This document shows positions 18,083 to 26,782 of a DNA stretch of 64,000 nt, piece by piece. Source of the stretch: a virus. Taxonomy: Duplodnaviria > Caudoviricetes. Position 1 is the first letter of the stretch. Every line of letters begins with the position of its first letter. The notes under the pieces were generated by a model. That model searched no databases, was not told the origin of the DNA, and worked only from the letters and a program-made list of their open reading frames with translations. A program made the translations under genes and the position numbers. The stretch is taken from positions 1 through 64,000 of the IMG/VR virus record IMGVR_UViG_3300031760_000034; one strand, given 5' to 3'.

Positions 18083-18330
18083 TTAGTGGCTCTGCGGGGT
18101 ACACATTATGGTTATTCTTACATTAACTATCATGTACTAAATATTAGAATGTAGTTCAACGAACTATATTGATGTGAGAATATGTATACAACTTCTGAGG
18201 GAGATTGATTAATATACATATTTTCACATCATCTTTAGGTTTGTGGGGGTTTGTTCCGCCACAGATTACAAGGTAAATGATGCTCGAATTCAACTAATTA
18301 ACATGTTTAACAAATTAAATCAATTTGCCT

Positions 18331-18876
18331 ATGACAAAATCAATTAAGTTGAATGCAGCTAACACTCTTAGTATCAAGAAGAAGATTGACAATGATATTA
18401 CTAAATTTAGTCATATCATCCGTGATGAGAATGTGATGTCAAAGAAGGCTAAGGCAGCAGGTCAGGGTTCTGGTCTCGACCTTAAGTCTCTGTATAATAC
18501 TATTCAGCAGCTTCGTGCTAAACGAATTATGTTGAAGGGTATGATTCAGTATCTCAATATGGGTACTACAACATTCAATTACGAGGATTTTAAGAAAACC
18601 AATTATTTTGCTATTTTCTCTGCCTGTGAGGCTAAGGAGGACATCACTCTGTTGAAGATGATTAAGACTCTGAACCCGCAGCTTAAGGCTCAGAAGGGTA
18701 AGAAGAACATCGGTTCTACTGAGACTTTCTCTAAGGAGAAGATTGCACAGCTGATACATGATCAGCAGCTTGAGGCTAATAAGTTTGATGCTATGTTGGA
18801 GAAGTTTAATACTTCTGCTACTATCGAGATTTCAGAGGAGAATTCTGATGATTTCAAGGAGTATCTTACTACATAA
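18331..18876 (+). CDS. Hypothetical basic protein, ~181 aa
   Basis: ATG 18331, ends in TAA. Confidence 0.85.
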   Translation: MTKSIKLNAANTLSIKKKIDNDITKFSHIIRDENVMSKKAKAAGQGSGLDLKSLYNTIQQLRAKRIMLKGMIQYLNMGTTTFNYEDFKKTNYFAIFSACEAKEDITLLKMIKTLNPQLKAQKGKKNIGSTETFSKEKIAQLIHDQQLEANKFDAMLEKFNTSATIEISEENSDDFKEYLTT

Positions 18877-18888
18877 TATAATTGGTTA

Positions 18889-18951
18889 GATTAGATGAAC
18901 GACGTGTAAAGAAACGTTAGGCAATATGAGGTTCGAATCCTCAACTAATCG
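18889..18951 (+). other. D-armless tRNA-like element
   Basis: GATTAG/CTAATC acceptor, GACGT/ACGTT arm, TGAGG-TTCGAAT-CCTCA T arm. Confidence 0.55.
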
Positions 18952-19005
18952 CAAGTTTATCCCGCAAAGTAAACTTTAGTATTAACAATTTAAATCATTA
19001 TCAAA

Positions 19006-19776
19006 ATGAGTAGAAAGAATTTTACAGTGGCAACGACCGAAGATGGTAAGACCACATTGACAAAGATAGATAAGACTCCCACAGGTAAAGTAAAGACAAT
19101 GAAGAATAAGGAAGAGCTTCAGAAAGCCCGTGAGGAACAGTATAAAAACTTCCGCATTAACGCTTTGAAGCGCCGTGCTAAGCGCATGGGATTGACTGAT
19201 GAGCAAATAGCAGTTAAGGTTAAGGAGTTGGAGAAGCAAATGGCTTCTACTAATGATTATGATATACTTATCATGTATAACCCCAACGACTTCAACCTGG
19301 TAAAGCAAGCCCTATTGAATGACAACATAGCATGGAAGATGCTTGTATCGTCATATGGATTCATTGAGGGTGATGATGAACTGCTAGCAGACCTGCGAAA
19401 ACTACTTCCGCCGTCTGCAAAAATCTATCCGCATGTGAAGCGCAAGCCGCCAATCTTGCCCTCACAGCAGCCTTCTGGACGTAGTAAGAAGACTCGTACG
19501 AAGGCTGAGAAGAAGAATCTCGCAGCAGCAGCTAAGAAAGCGCGCAAGGCTGCAAAGAGCCTAAAGACTAAAGAAGCGCGACGACAGCAGGTTATTGCTA
19601 AGCATAAAGAGGAGAAAAATAAGACTTCTCGTAAGGCAGCAAAGGCTAAAATGCTGTTCGATAAACGCTGTCAGAAGGCTCAAAAAGCTAAGGGTGGTAC
19701 GACTATACAGACGAAGGCTAAAAAGCCGTCAGTGAGCCCGAAAAAGGCCTCTACGAGCCTAAAACAGGCCGCTTAA
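19006..19776 (+). CDS. Highly basic Lys/Ala-rich protein ending LKQAA
   Basis: 256 aa with a histone-like basic C-terminal half. Confidence 0.85.
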   Translation: MSRKNFTVATTEDGKTTLTKIDKTPTGKVKTMKNKEELQKAREEQYKNFRINALKRRAKRMGLTDEQIAVKVKELEKQMASTNDYDILIMYNPNDFNLVKQALLNDNIAWKMLVSSYGFIEGDDELLADLRKLLPPSAKIYPHVKRKPPILPSQQPSGRSKKTRTKAEKKNLAAAAKKARKAAKSLKTKEARRQQVIAKHKEEKNKTSRKAAKAKMLFDKRCQKAQKAKGGTTIQTKAKKPSVSPKKASTSLKQAA

Positions 19777-19805
19777 CCTATGTGTAACTTAACTATTATG
19801 TAATT

Positions 19806-20645
19806 ATGGGACACAATAGAGTACGAGCAAAAGTGCGTCAAAGAAAAGTAGCCGCACTTGCAGCCTATAGCCGTCAGTTTACCGTTAGAAACACGAAGAA
19901 AGGTATATCTGAAAAGATAGATCATAAGCGTGTTGGAGGTGATATTCCTAAGGATATGATTATAACAAATCCTCTAACTGGTAATAAGTTTGTAATGGTT
20001 AATCCTCATACCATAACTGGCAATTATGGAGTAACTATAACAAGTCACGACTGGATTCCTATAGAGGAATATAAGTCTGAACATGGCTTATTATGGGAGC
20101 ACAAAAAGTATCCACAGTCTAAGAATCTTCGAAAGAAGGTATCTCACTGGTATACTACAAAAGATGGTGTGAAACATTATGTATCACATAAGTCTGAGTA
20201 TCCAGACTATACTCCTCATAAGATAAATCGGGTAGAGTATAATGAGAAACTTGTTGAGCATAAACTCAAGAAGTGGGAACGTAAGAACCCAGCTCCAGCC
20301 GATATGTTCACTGAGGATGTAGAGAAGTGGAAACAACTGCGAGAAACAATGAAAGAACGATTTAGAGACTTCGTCGTCTCTATCTACGACCCTCTACCCT
20401 TGACTGGACGATTTGTCGTAGCCAAGGAAGGCTCTGCAAAATATACTGAAGAGAAAGTTGCAGAGATTAAGGATATCAATGGTGATGGACACCGCGTAAA
20501 TGAAGTCACCAAAGATTCCAAATTAATTAAGAAAGCTCAGAAGATTACCAATGAGACAAAAGCAAAGCGCAAGAATCTCATTGCAACTAATCTGAAAGAC
20601 CATAAGCGACAGAAAGGTAGGATAATCTTACCTGAAGCCGCATAA
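19806..20645 (+). CDS. Basic hypothetical protein ending LPEAA
   Basis: 279-aa ORF. Confidence 0.85.
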   Translation: MGHNRVRAKVRQRKVAALAAYSRQFTVRNTKKGISEKIDHKRVGGDIPKDMIITNPLTGNKFVMVNPHTITGNYGVTITSHDWIPIEEYKSEHGLLWEHKKYPQSKNLRKKVSHWYTTKDGVKHYVSHKSEYPDYTPHKINRVEYNEKLVEHKLKKWERKNPAPADMFTEDVEKWKQLRETMKERFRDFVVSIYDPLPLTGRFVVAKEGSAKYTEEKVAEIKDINGDGHRVNEVTKDSKLIKKAQKITNETKAKRKNLIATNLKDHKRQKGRIILPEAA

Positions 20646-20690
20646 ATACACATTACACACACTCTTCGCAACGGTAGTTGTGTAATGTGG

Positions 20691-20774
20691 GGTGTGCTAC
20701 CAGAGTCCATACACGGACGTTAGGATGGTTCTTCGTCAGCGAAACGGAGAGTGGTTCGATTCCACCGCACATAC
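20691..20774 (+). other. Degenerate tRNA-like element upstream of PolB
   Basis: GTGTGC/GCACAT acceptor, T8A9, GTGG-TTCGATT-CCAC T arm, extended GACG/CGTC arm. Confidence 0.5.
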
Positions 20775-20792
20775 TAACTAAATAGTAGAAGC

Positions 20793-22658
20793 ATGATAAT
20801 TAAGAACCTATGTGTCCATACTTATGACATAGAGGTATTTCCAAACTGCTTCCACTGTTGTTGCAAGAATACTGAGACTAATCAAGTCATTAAATTCGAG
20901 ATAAGCGAGAGAAGGAATCAGCTGGCAGAGCTAGTTGATTTCTTCTTTTATAGTCTTGACAACAAAATGTTTTGTGGGTATAATAACCATCATTATGATG
21001 ATGTTATTATCAACTATATGATTGATTTGTTTTACAAACTCAACCAATTACCATATTGGAAGATATGTAGATCGCTGTATAACCTTTCAACAACTATAGT
21101 AAATTCAGAAGATGGAAACATCGAAAAGTTTAAAAAGTGGAAGTATGCGAAGTACTTCTATTCAATGGATTTACTAACGATGCAATTCAGTCGTAAATTG
21201 CGCGTAGGTCTTAAAACCATGCAATGCACTATGCACTATAGAAACGTGCAAGAATACGATGGTGACTTTAATGCACCTATCCCAGTCAGTAAGATTGACG
21301 ATATGATTGCATATAATGTCAATGATGTTGACTCAACTACAGAACTTCTTAATAGATTAGCAGATCAAGTCGAGCTTAGACTTTTTATTGAGAAAGAGCA
21401 CGGCATAGACTGTTTATCTATGGATTCTGTTAAGATGGCAGAGACTTTTCTACTCGAAAAATACTCCGAGAAGTCAGGTATTCCTAAAAATGTTATAAAG
21501 GAAATGAGATCTCCGATGGATTATATTCCATTGAAAGATATTATACTGCCATTTATAAAATACAAAAACCCAAAGTTACAGAGCATCTTAGAGGAAATGA
21601 AGGAACAGGTAGTTTACTCTAAGGAGCGAAAAGGCTACGAGAAGAAGTTTGTTCTCTCGAATGTGGTATATTCTATAGGAGTTGGAGGTATCCATACTAT
21701 TCATACTCCTAAAATATTCCTCCCAAAAGATGATGAGGTGATTGGGCACGCTGATGTGGCGTCAATGTACCCGTCCTTGCTCATTGAATATCAATGGGGT
21801 CCTCGTCATTTGGGAAAATTATTTTGCGAATTGTTTGCCCAATTGAAAGTCGAAAGACTAGAAGCAAAACATACAGGTCAGAAAGTTAAGAACATGTTCC
21901 TTAAGATTGTGCTTAATTCACCTACAGGCAAAATGCAACAAGAGGTTAGTTGGATGTACGATCCATTTAATGTGTTTAAAATACGCATTAATGGCCAATT
22001 GATACTTCTTTTGCTCGTAGACAGGCTTTTAGCACTTGGATGTGAAATTATTCAGTGCAATACAGATGGAGTCGTCTACAAGGCTAAAAAGGGCCTTAAA
22101 CAGGCTATTTCAGATGCTATTAAGGAGGTGGAAGACCTTACTAGACTGGAATTTGAATCTGACGAGTATGAAGCATTCTATCAGTACGCTATTAATGACT
22201 ACTTTGGTGTCTTAAAAGATGGTGAGATAGAAGAAAAAGGTATGTTTATTACTAAACACAAGTTAGGCAAAGGACTTGCTCCGGTAGTAATACCGAAGGC
22301 TGTAATAAACTACTTCGTGAAAGGAGAACCAATTGAAGAATTTATTAAATCTGATGGAGACATCAGGGACTTCCTTATGAGCCAACAGGTTGATAAGAAG
22401 TTTGAAGTGTGGCACGCGGAAAATCAAGTGCAACGCATTAATAGATTCTACGCATCTACTGATGGAGCATATTTATTTAAATATGACCCAAATAGTGGAC
22501 GTGATAAAGAAAATATGCTAACTAAATCAGGAGTAACAATCTTGAATCAGTTATACGATACTACTGTAGAAGGTCGAAAGATTAACTACAGGTACTATAT
22601 CAGCGAAGCCAAGAAGATTATTTCTGACTTTACTGAACAACAACTAGAACTATTTTAA
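20793..22658 (+). CDS. polB: DNA polymerase family B (crAss type)
   Basis: ExoI DIE, ExoII YNNHHYDD, motif A DVASMYPS, motif B KIVLNSPTG, motif C NTDG. Confidence 0.95.
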   Translation: MIIKNLCVHTYDIEVFPNCFHCCCKNTETNQVIKFEISERRNQLAELVDFFFYSLDNKMFCGYNNHHYDDVIINYMIDLFYKLNQLPYWKICRSLYNLSTTIVNSEDGNIEKFKKWKYAKYFYSMDLLTMQFSRKLRVGLKTMQCTMHYRNVQEYDGDFNAPIPVSKIDDMIAYNVNDVDSTTELLNRLADQVELRLFIEKEHGIDCLSMDSVKMAETFLLEKYSEKSGIPKNVIKEMRSPMDYIPLKDIILPFIKYKNPKLQSILEEMKEQVVYSKERKGYEKKFVLSNVVYSIGVGGIHTIHTPKIFLPKDDEVIGHADVASMYPSLLIEYQWGPRHLGKLFCELFAQLKVERLEAKHTGQKVKNMFLKIVLNSPTGKMQQEVSWMYDPFNVFKIRINGQLILLLLVDRLLALGCEIIQCNTDGVVYKAKKGLKQAISDAIKEVEDLTRLEFESDEYEAFYQYAINDYFGVLKDGEIEEKGMFITKHKLGKGLAPVVIPKAVINYFVKGEPIEEFIKSDGDIRDFLMSQQVDKKFEVWHAENQVQRINRFYASTDGAYLFKYDPNSGRDKENMLTKSGVTILNQLYDTTVEGRKINYRYYISEAKKIISDFTEQQLELF

Positions 22659-22659
22659 T

Positions 22660-23226
22660 ATGATTATTGAAGTAGATACTAAAATCCTGGACGCGTTTCC
22701 AGGTCTCAATTCAAATCAGTTAATATTCCTAAGTATGATATTGGGTAAGAATCAACCAAAATATCAAGACGTCCGCAAAATTGTCAGCCTTATAAGCGAC
22801 GAAGACATATCATACTTAGTTTCTCAAGAACTAGTAACTGCGATAGAGAGCAGTGAGTCAATTACATATCAGCCAACGGATAAACTTATATCCTCGGTTA
22901 AACCAGAGAAAGATTATTTCGATGTGTTTTATGATATGTACCCAGTGTATGTTATGCGAGCAGATGGGAGTAAATCTTATCTACGAGCTAATGTTAACAA
23001 GTGCCGTCATTTCTTCAACAGTAAATGTGGGAGAAGTTCTGCAATGGCGGAGCATTTAATTAAATGTCTAGATTATGAAGTTTCAAAGCGTATGCGAGAG
23101 GGTTCTCTAGGCTATATGATGACAATGTGGAACTGGTTAACACGTTCACAGTGGGAAGCGATTGAGGAAGAAATGCAGGATACAACTAAACAAGCTGTAA
23201 ACTCTTATGGAACAGAACTTATCTAA
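22660..23226 (+). CDS. Putative replisome organiser/helicase loader
   Basis: wHTH-like N-terminus, F..F..MYP motif, and position directly before the helicase. Confidence 0.6.
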   Translation: MIIEVDTKILDAFPGLNSNQLIFLSMILGKNQPKYQDVRKIVSLISDEDISYLVSQELVTAIESSESITYQPTDKLISSVKPEKDYFDVFYDMYPVYVMRADGSKSYLRANVNKCRHFFNSKCGRSSAMAEHLIKCLDYEVSKRMREGSLGYMMTMWNWLTRSQWEAIEEEMQDTTKQAVNSYGTELI

Positions 23227-24133
23227 TCTTGTAAGACCTATGCGAGTTGTAGCCCAAGAGGCTATAAACTATGTAGAAGGTCGAAAGAATCACGATGTGG
23301 TATCTTTACAGACTAGGTGGAAGAAGTTCAATAAGCAATGTATGGGTGGTATTGAACCTAATACTATTTATACATTTGGAGGCATTTCTGGAACAGGAAA
23401 GAGTTCACTTGTGAACACAATCCAAACTGATTTGATAGAGCTAAATCCTTCTAGGGATATAATAATTCTGAACTTCTCATTAGAGATGGTAGCATTTAGG
23501 CAAGTTGGAAGGACGCTTTCTAATAAGCTCAGGAAAACGACTTCGACTTTGTATAGCTCGGAAACGAGCCTTGATGACAGCACTTTTGCTCAGGTCATTA
23601 AAGTATGTAACCAGCTAAAGGAGTATCCTATCTATTTTGTAGATAGTCCTACTACTCCCATGCAAGTTCAAGAGATTGTATTTAATTTCTATAATACGTA
23701 TGTAAAAGGTACAGGAAAGCATTTCGTCATACTATATGACCATGCTCTCTTAACCAAACCGATCGGGACCGTACTGGAAACGATTGCAGAGTTACAACGT
23801 GTTTTCATTCAGGTCAAGAAATTGCCTATGACATCTGTTATACAGATTGCTCAGATGAATCGAAATATAGAAGCTCCTGAAAGGATTAATAATCCGCTGT
23901 CGCATTATCCTATGCGTAGCGATTTTTCATCGTCTGATGCAATTTTCCAAGGCAGTGATTATGTCATGGCTCTACATCGACCAGAGATTTTGAACATCTT
24001 AGAATATGGTCCAAATCATTTACCTACTCAAAACAAGGTATACGTGCACATCCTAAAGAATAGAGATGCTGGTAAGCCTTGCATACTCGAATTCGAGAAC
24101 GACCTAATGTTCAACAACCTCATTGAATGTTAA
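23207..24133 (+). CDS. dnaB: DnaB-like SF4 replicative helicase
   Basis: Walker A GGISGTGKS, FSLEM, DH, AQMNR, SSDAIFQGSDYV, KNR. Confidence 0.93.
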   Translation: MEQNLSNLVRPMRVVAQEAINYVEGRKNHDVVSLQTRWKKFNKQCMGGIEPNTIYTFGGISGTGKSSLVNTIQTDLIELNPSRDIIILNFSLEMVAFRQVGRTLSNKLRKTTSTLYSSETSLDDSTFAQVIKVCNQLKEYPIYFVDSPTTPMQVQEIVFNFYNTYVKGTGKHFVILYDHALLTKPIGTVLETIAELQRVFIQVKKLPMTSVIQIAQMNRNIEAPERINNPLSHYPMRSDFSSSDAIFQGSDYVMALHRPEILNILEYGPNHLPTQNKVYVHILKNRDAGKPCILEFENDLMFNNLIEC

Positions 24134-24175
24134 TGCATCAGACTAGTATTAACGTTTTAAAAGAAAGGCTGAATT

Positions 24176-24634
24176 ATGACAAAGTATACTTTTTCTCTTA
24201 AGGATAATAACAAGATTAACAATACCTTTTGTGGCAATACCAGTACAAACTATTCTAAGATTCTTGATGATCTTATCAATGCTGATATAAAGGAGAAGAA
24301 CCCGTGGTTGTTTACTAATAGTACTCCTAAGACGGAGACCATTAAGATTAAGATTAATGGTAAGACTACAAATACGTTCGATATGAGCGATATTTATAAG
24401 TTCTTCAATGGTTATAAGTTTACTAACAACTGCCCCTTTATTAAGGATAAGATTTATTATCTCGCAGATGGTACTCCTTTCTACCTGACTGATGATTATA
24501 TCACGATTGGTTTTAATACGTATTACTTCTACGAGTTCGGTAACCCCATTTTTATTAATGGCATGACCGATAGTTTCAAGAAGACTATTGCTACGATTTA
24601 TATTGATGGTCTGAAGATTACAATTAAGAAATAA
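24176..24634 (+). CDS. Hypothetical protein, 152 aa
   Basis: Intact ORF in the replication operon. Confidence 0.75.
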   Translation: MTKYTFSLKDNNKINNTFCGNTSTNYSKILDDLINADIKEKNPWLFTNSTPKTETIKIKINGKTTNTFDMSDIYKFFNGYKFTNNCPFIKDKIYYLADGTPFYLTDDYITIGFNTYYFYEFGNPIFINGMTDSFKKTIATIYIDGLKITIKK

Positions 24635-24646
24635 TTTAGTATAATT

Positions 24647-25393
24647 ATGAGCTTAGTACTACCAACACAACCAGTTCCTGCGACTTCGGTTAATCCTCAG
24701 TATCTCATACTGTATGGACTGCCGAAATCAGGAAAGACCAGCTGTGTTGCTCAGATACCTAACAATTTGATTATAGACCTCGAAGGAGGTTCTACTTTTA
24801 TTGATGCTATGGCTGTACAAGCACGCACGATAGAAGATCTTGGTCAAATTGCTCAGGCGATTCGAGCAAAGAACGAAGAAGTTGGTCATAAATTTTATAA
24901 ACATATTACAATTGATAATGCAACTCGTCTAGAGGACATTTGCATGGGTTACGCTTGCACGTTGTATCGTCAAACTGAACTAGGTAAAAACTGGAAAGGT
25001 AATGATGTTACAACACTTGCTCGTGGTGCTGGATATGGTTATCTTCGAACAGCAGTAAAGAAGGTAATTGACATGTTCAAAGAACTCTGTGATGAGTTTA
25101 TACTTATAGGACATGTCAAAGACAGCATTACAGATAAAGATGGCCAAGAGGTCAATGCCAAAGAGATTGACCTTGTCGGGAAACTCGGCAAGATTGTATG
25201 CGGCATGGCCGACGCAGTTGGCTACGTGTATCGCAAAGACAATGAAACCCATATTAGCTTTAAGTCCGGAGGAGACGGCACTATTATGGAAGCACGTGCT
25301 CGTCATATCGCGGGCAAAGATATCGTCATTGCGACAGGCAACGAAGATGGAAGCATAACAACATATTGGGATAAAGTTTATAAACCTGAATAA
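24647..25393 (+). CDS. Sak4-like/AAA_24 ATPase (recombinase)
   Basis: YGLPKSGKT Walker A, IDLEGGS, ITIDNAT, ILIGH. Confidence 0.88.
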   Translation: MSLVLPTQPVPATSVNPQYLILYGLPKSGKTSCVAQIPNNLIIDLEGGSTFIDAMAVQARTIEDLGQIAQAIRAKNEEVGHKFYKHITIDNATRLEDICMGYACTLYRQTELGKNWKGNDVTTLARGAGYGYLRTAVKKVIDMFKELCDEFILIGHVKDSITDKDGQEVNAKEIDLVGKLGKIVCGMADAVGYVYRKDNETHISFKSGGDGTIMEARARHIAGKDIVIATGNEDGSITTYWDKVYKPE

Positions 25394-25406
25394 AATCTAA
25401 GGAACT

Positions 25407-26018
25407 ATGTATAGTACAAAAACAGCAACAACAAATAATACGGAGTTTAATAGCTCGTATATGCCTACTGGCATCAATGAAAATATAACCTTGAAAGAGG
25501 TTAACGTAAATAAGACACCTAACGGTCGTGATTTCTTGGAGATAATCTTTGAGAATGAAAACGGTCAGACAGCAACTATGACTGAGTGGAAGAACGAGAA
25601 GAATATGTGGATTAAGACCGACGAGGATTTACAGCGTCGCGATAATCAGCAGTTTGGTCGTATTCTGCAGGTAATAGATGCAGTTAAAGGTGGTCATAAT
25701 GACTTTGAGGGTTCCTCATTCATCGAAATGATTACTTGGGCTAAGACTTGTCTTAGTGATGGTGAGAGTAGTTCTGTTCGTCTTAAGGTGACTTATGACA
25801 AGAATGGATATACTCAGGTGTCTAAGAACGGTATTTTTATTGAAGCCATGAGTGTTGCAAAAGAAGAGTCGCAGATTAAGCTTTGGAAGAACGATCTTCT
25901 GGAGCGTCCCGTACAGGCTGACGTTGAGAAGCCTAACGATCCGCTCGGATCACCTAATATTGGTGTAACCGCTCCGGTGACTGCAGACTCTACAGGTGCT
26001 GACGACCTTCCTTTCTGA
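25407..26018 (+). CDS. ssb: Single-stranded DNA-binding protein
   Basis: Follows the Sak4-like ATPase; acidic tail ending DDLPF. Confidence 0.8.
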   Translation: MYSTKTATTNNTEFNSSYMPTGINENITLKEVNVNKTPNGRDFLEIIFENENGQTATMTEWKNEKNMWIKTDEDLQRRDNQQFGRILQVIDAVKGGHNDFEGSSFIEMITWAKTCLSDGESSSVRLKVTYDKNGYTQVSKNGIFIEAMSVAKEESQIKLWKNDLLERPVQADVEKPNDPLGSPNIGVTAPVTADSTGADDLPF

Positions 26019-26072
26019 GGATAATGGTCAGTGGTGGAGGACTGGAGGATTAATCCTTCAGCCCCTTACTAA

Positions 26073-26161
26073 GGGTTTATATGCAACGGCAGTCGGGCGG
26101 CTGGTGGGATGGTAAACCACGTAAATGCAGTCCGTTTGGGGTTCAACTCCCCGTAAACCCA
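26073..26161 (+). other. tRNA-like element with branched anticodon arm
   Basis: Perfect GGGTTTA/TAAACCC acceptor, TGGGG-TTCAACT-CCCCG T arm, and an inserted GTGG/CCAC hairpin. Confidence 0.6.
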
Positions 26162-26198
26162 CACATTATCTTGACTTAATTATGACGAAAGAAGAGAT

Positions 26199-26384
26199 AT
26201 GAAAGTTTATGTAAAATGGTATAATGATATAAAAGAAGGAGATCTACTTGAAGAAGAATATCTTATTGATAAATTTAAATATAGACAAGTAGTAATAAAT
26301 ATTGATGGTCATACAATAACAGCATTATATACTCCTGAACACATATACTATGACGAAAGAAGAGAGAAAAGTTTGGTATCATGA
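26199..26384 (+). CDS. Small hypothetical protein, 61 aa
   Basis: ORF between two tRNA-like elements. Confidence 0.55.
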   Translation: MKVYVKWYNDIKEGDLLEEEYLIDKFKYRQVVINIDGHTITALYTPEHIYYDERREKSLVS

Positions 26385-26474
26385 TTGGTGGTGGAATCGT
26401 GGTGGTAGAGAACAGACTCTACAACGACGAAGAGAAAGAGGTCCTCTAAAATGGGGTACCAAACTAAACAATGG

Positions 26475-26553
26475 AAATCAGTAGCCTAGAGGTTATGGCG
26501 GTCATCTACGAGATAGGTGACGGATTGTGGGGTTCGATTCCTCACCTGGTTAC
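26475..26553 (+). pseudogene. tRNA-Arg(ACG)-like pseudo-tRNA
   Basis: AATCAG/CTGGTT acceptor, TA-GCC...GGC D arm, loop CT-ACG-AG with a non-canonical stem, GTGGGG-TTCGATT-CCTCAC T arm. Confidence 0.55.
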
Positions 26554-26556
26554 AAT

Positions 26557-26781
26557 ATGAAAGGAAAGAAAGCATTAAAAACTTATTCCTACAAAGAATT
26601 TAAAGAACTTCTTGGTACTCTTGGGTTCTTTGAGCATCATAAGAATAGTACACATATGGTATTTGCAAATGCAAAGCGTCGATATGTTACTGTACCTTTT
26701 TCTAATAAGAAAGAGATAAATCCTATGATGACTACAGTAACTCTACAGAGGATTAAGAATCATCAATGTAGGACATTGTAA
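26557..26781 (+). CDS. hicA: HicA-like dsRBD-fold RNase
   Basis: ELLGTLGF..HHKNSTHMVF...RYVTVP...KEI pattern; 74 aa; no HicB neighbour. Confidence 0.7.
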   Translation: MKGKKALKTYSYKEFKELLGTLGFFEHHKNSTHMVFANAKRRYVTVPFSNKKEINPMMTTVTLQRIKNHQCRTL

Positions 26782-26782
26782 T

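Noticed and set aside
26500-26522. CTA in the 26475 element as an amber-suppressor anticodon
   Set aside because: In canonical register the loop is CT-ACG-AG (Arg-like), and no 5-bp stem centres CTA.
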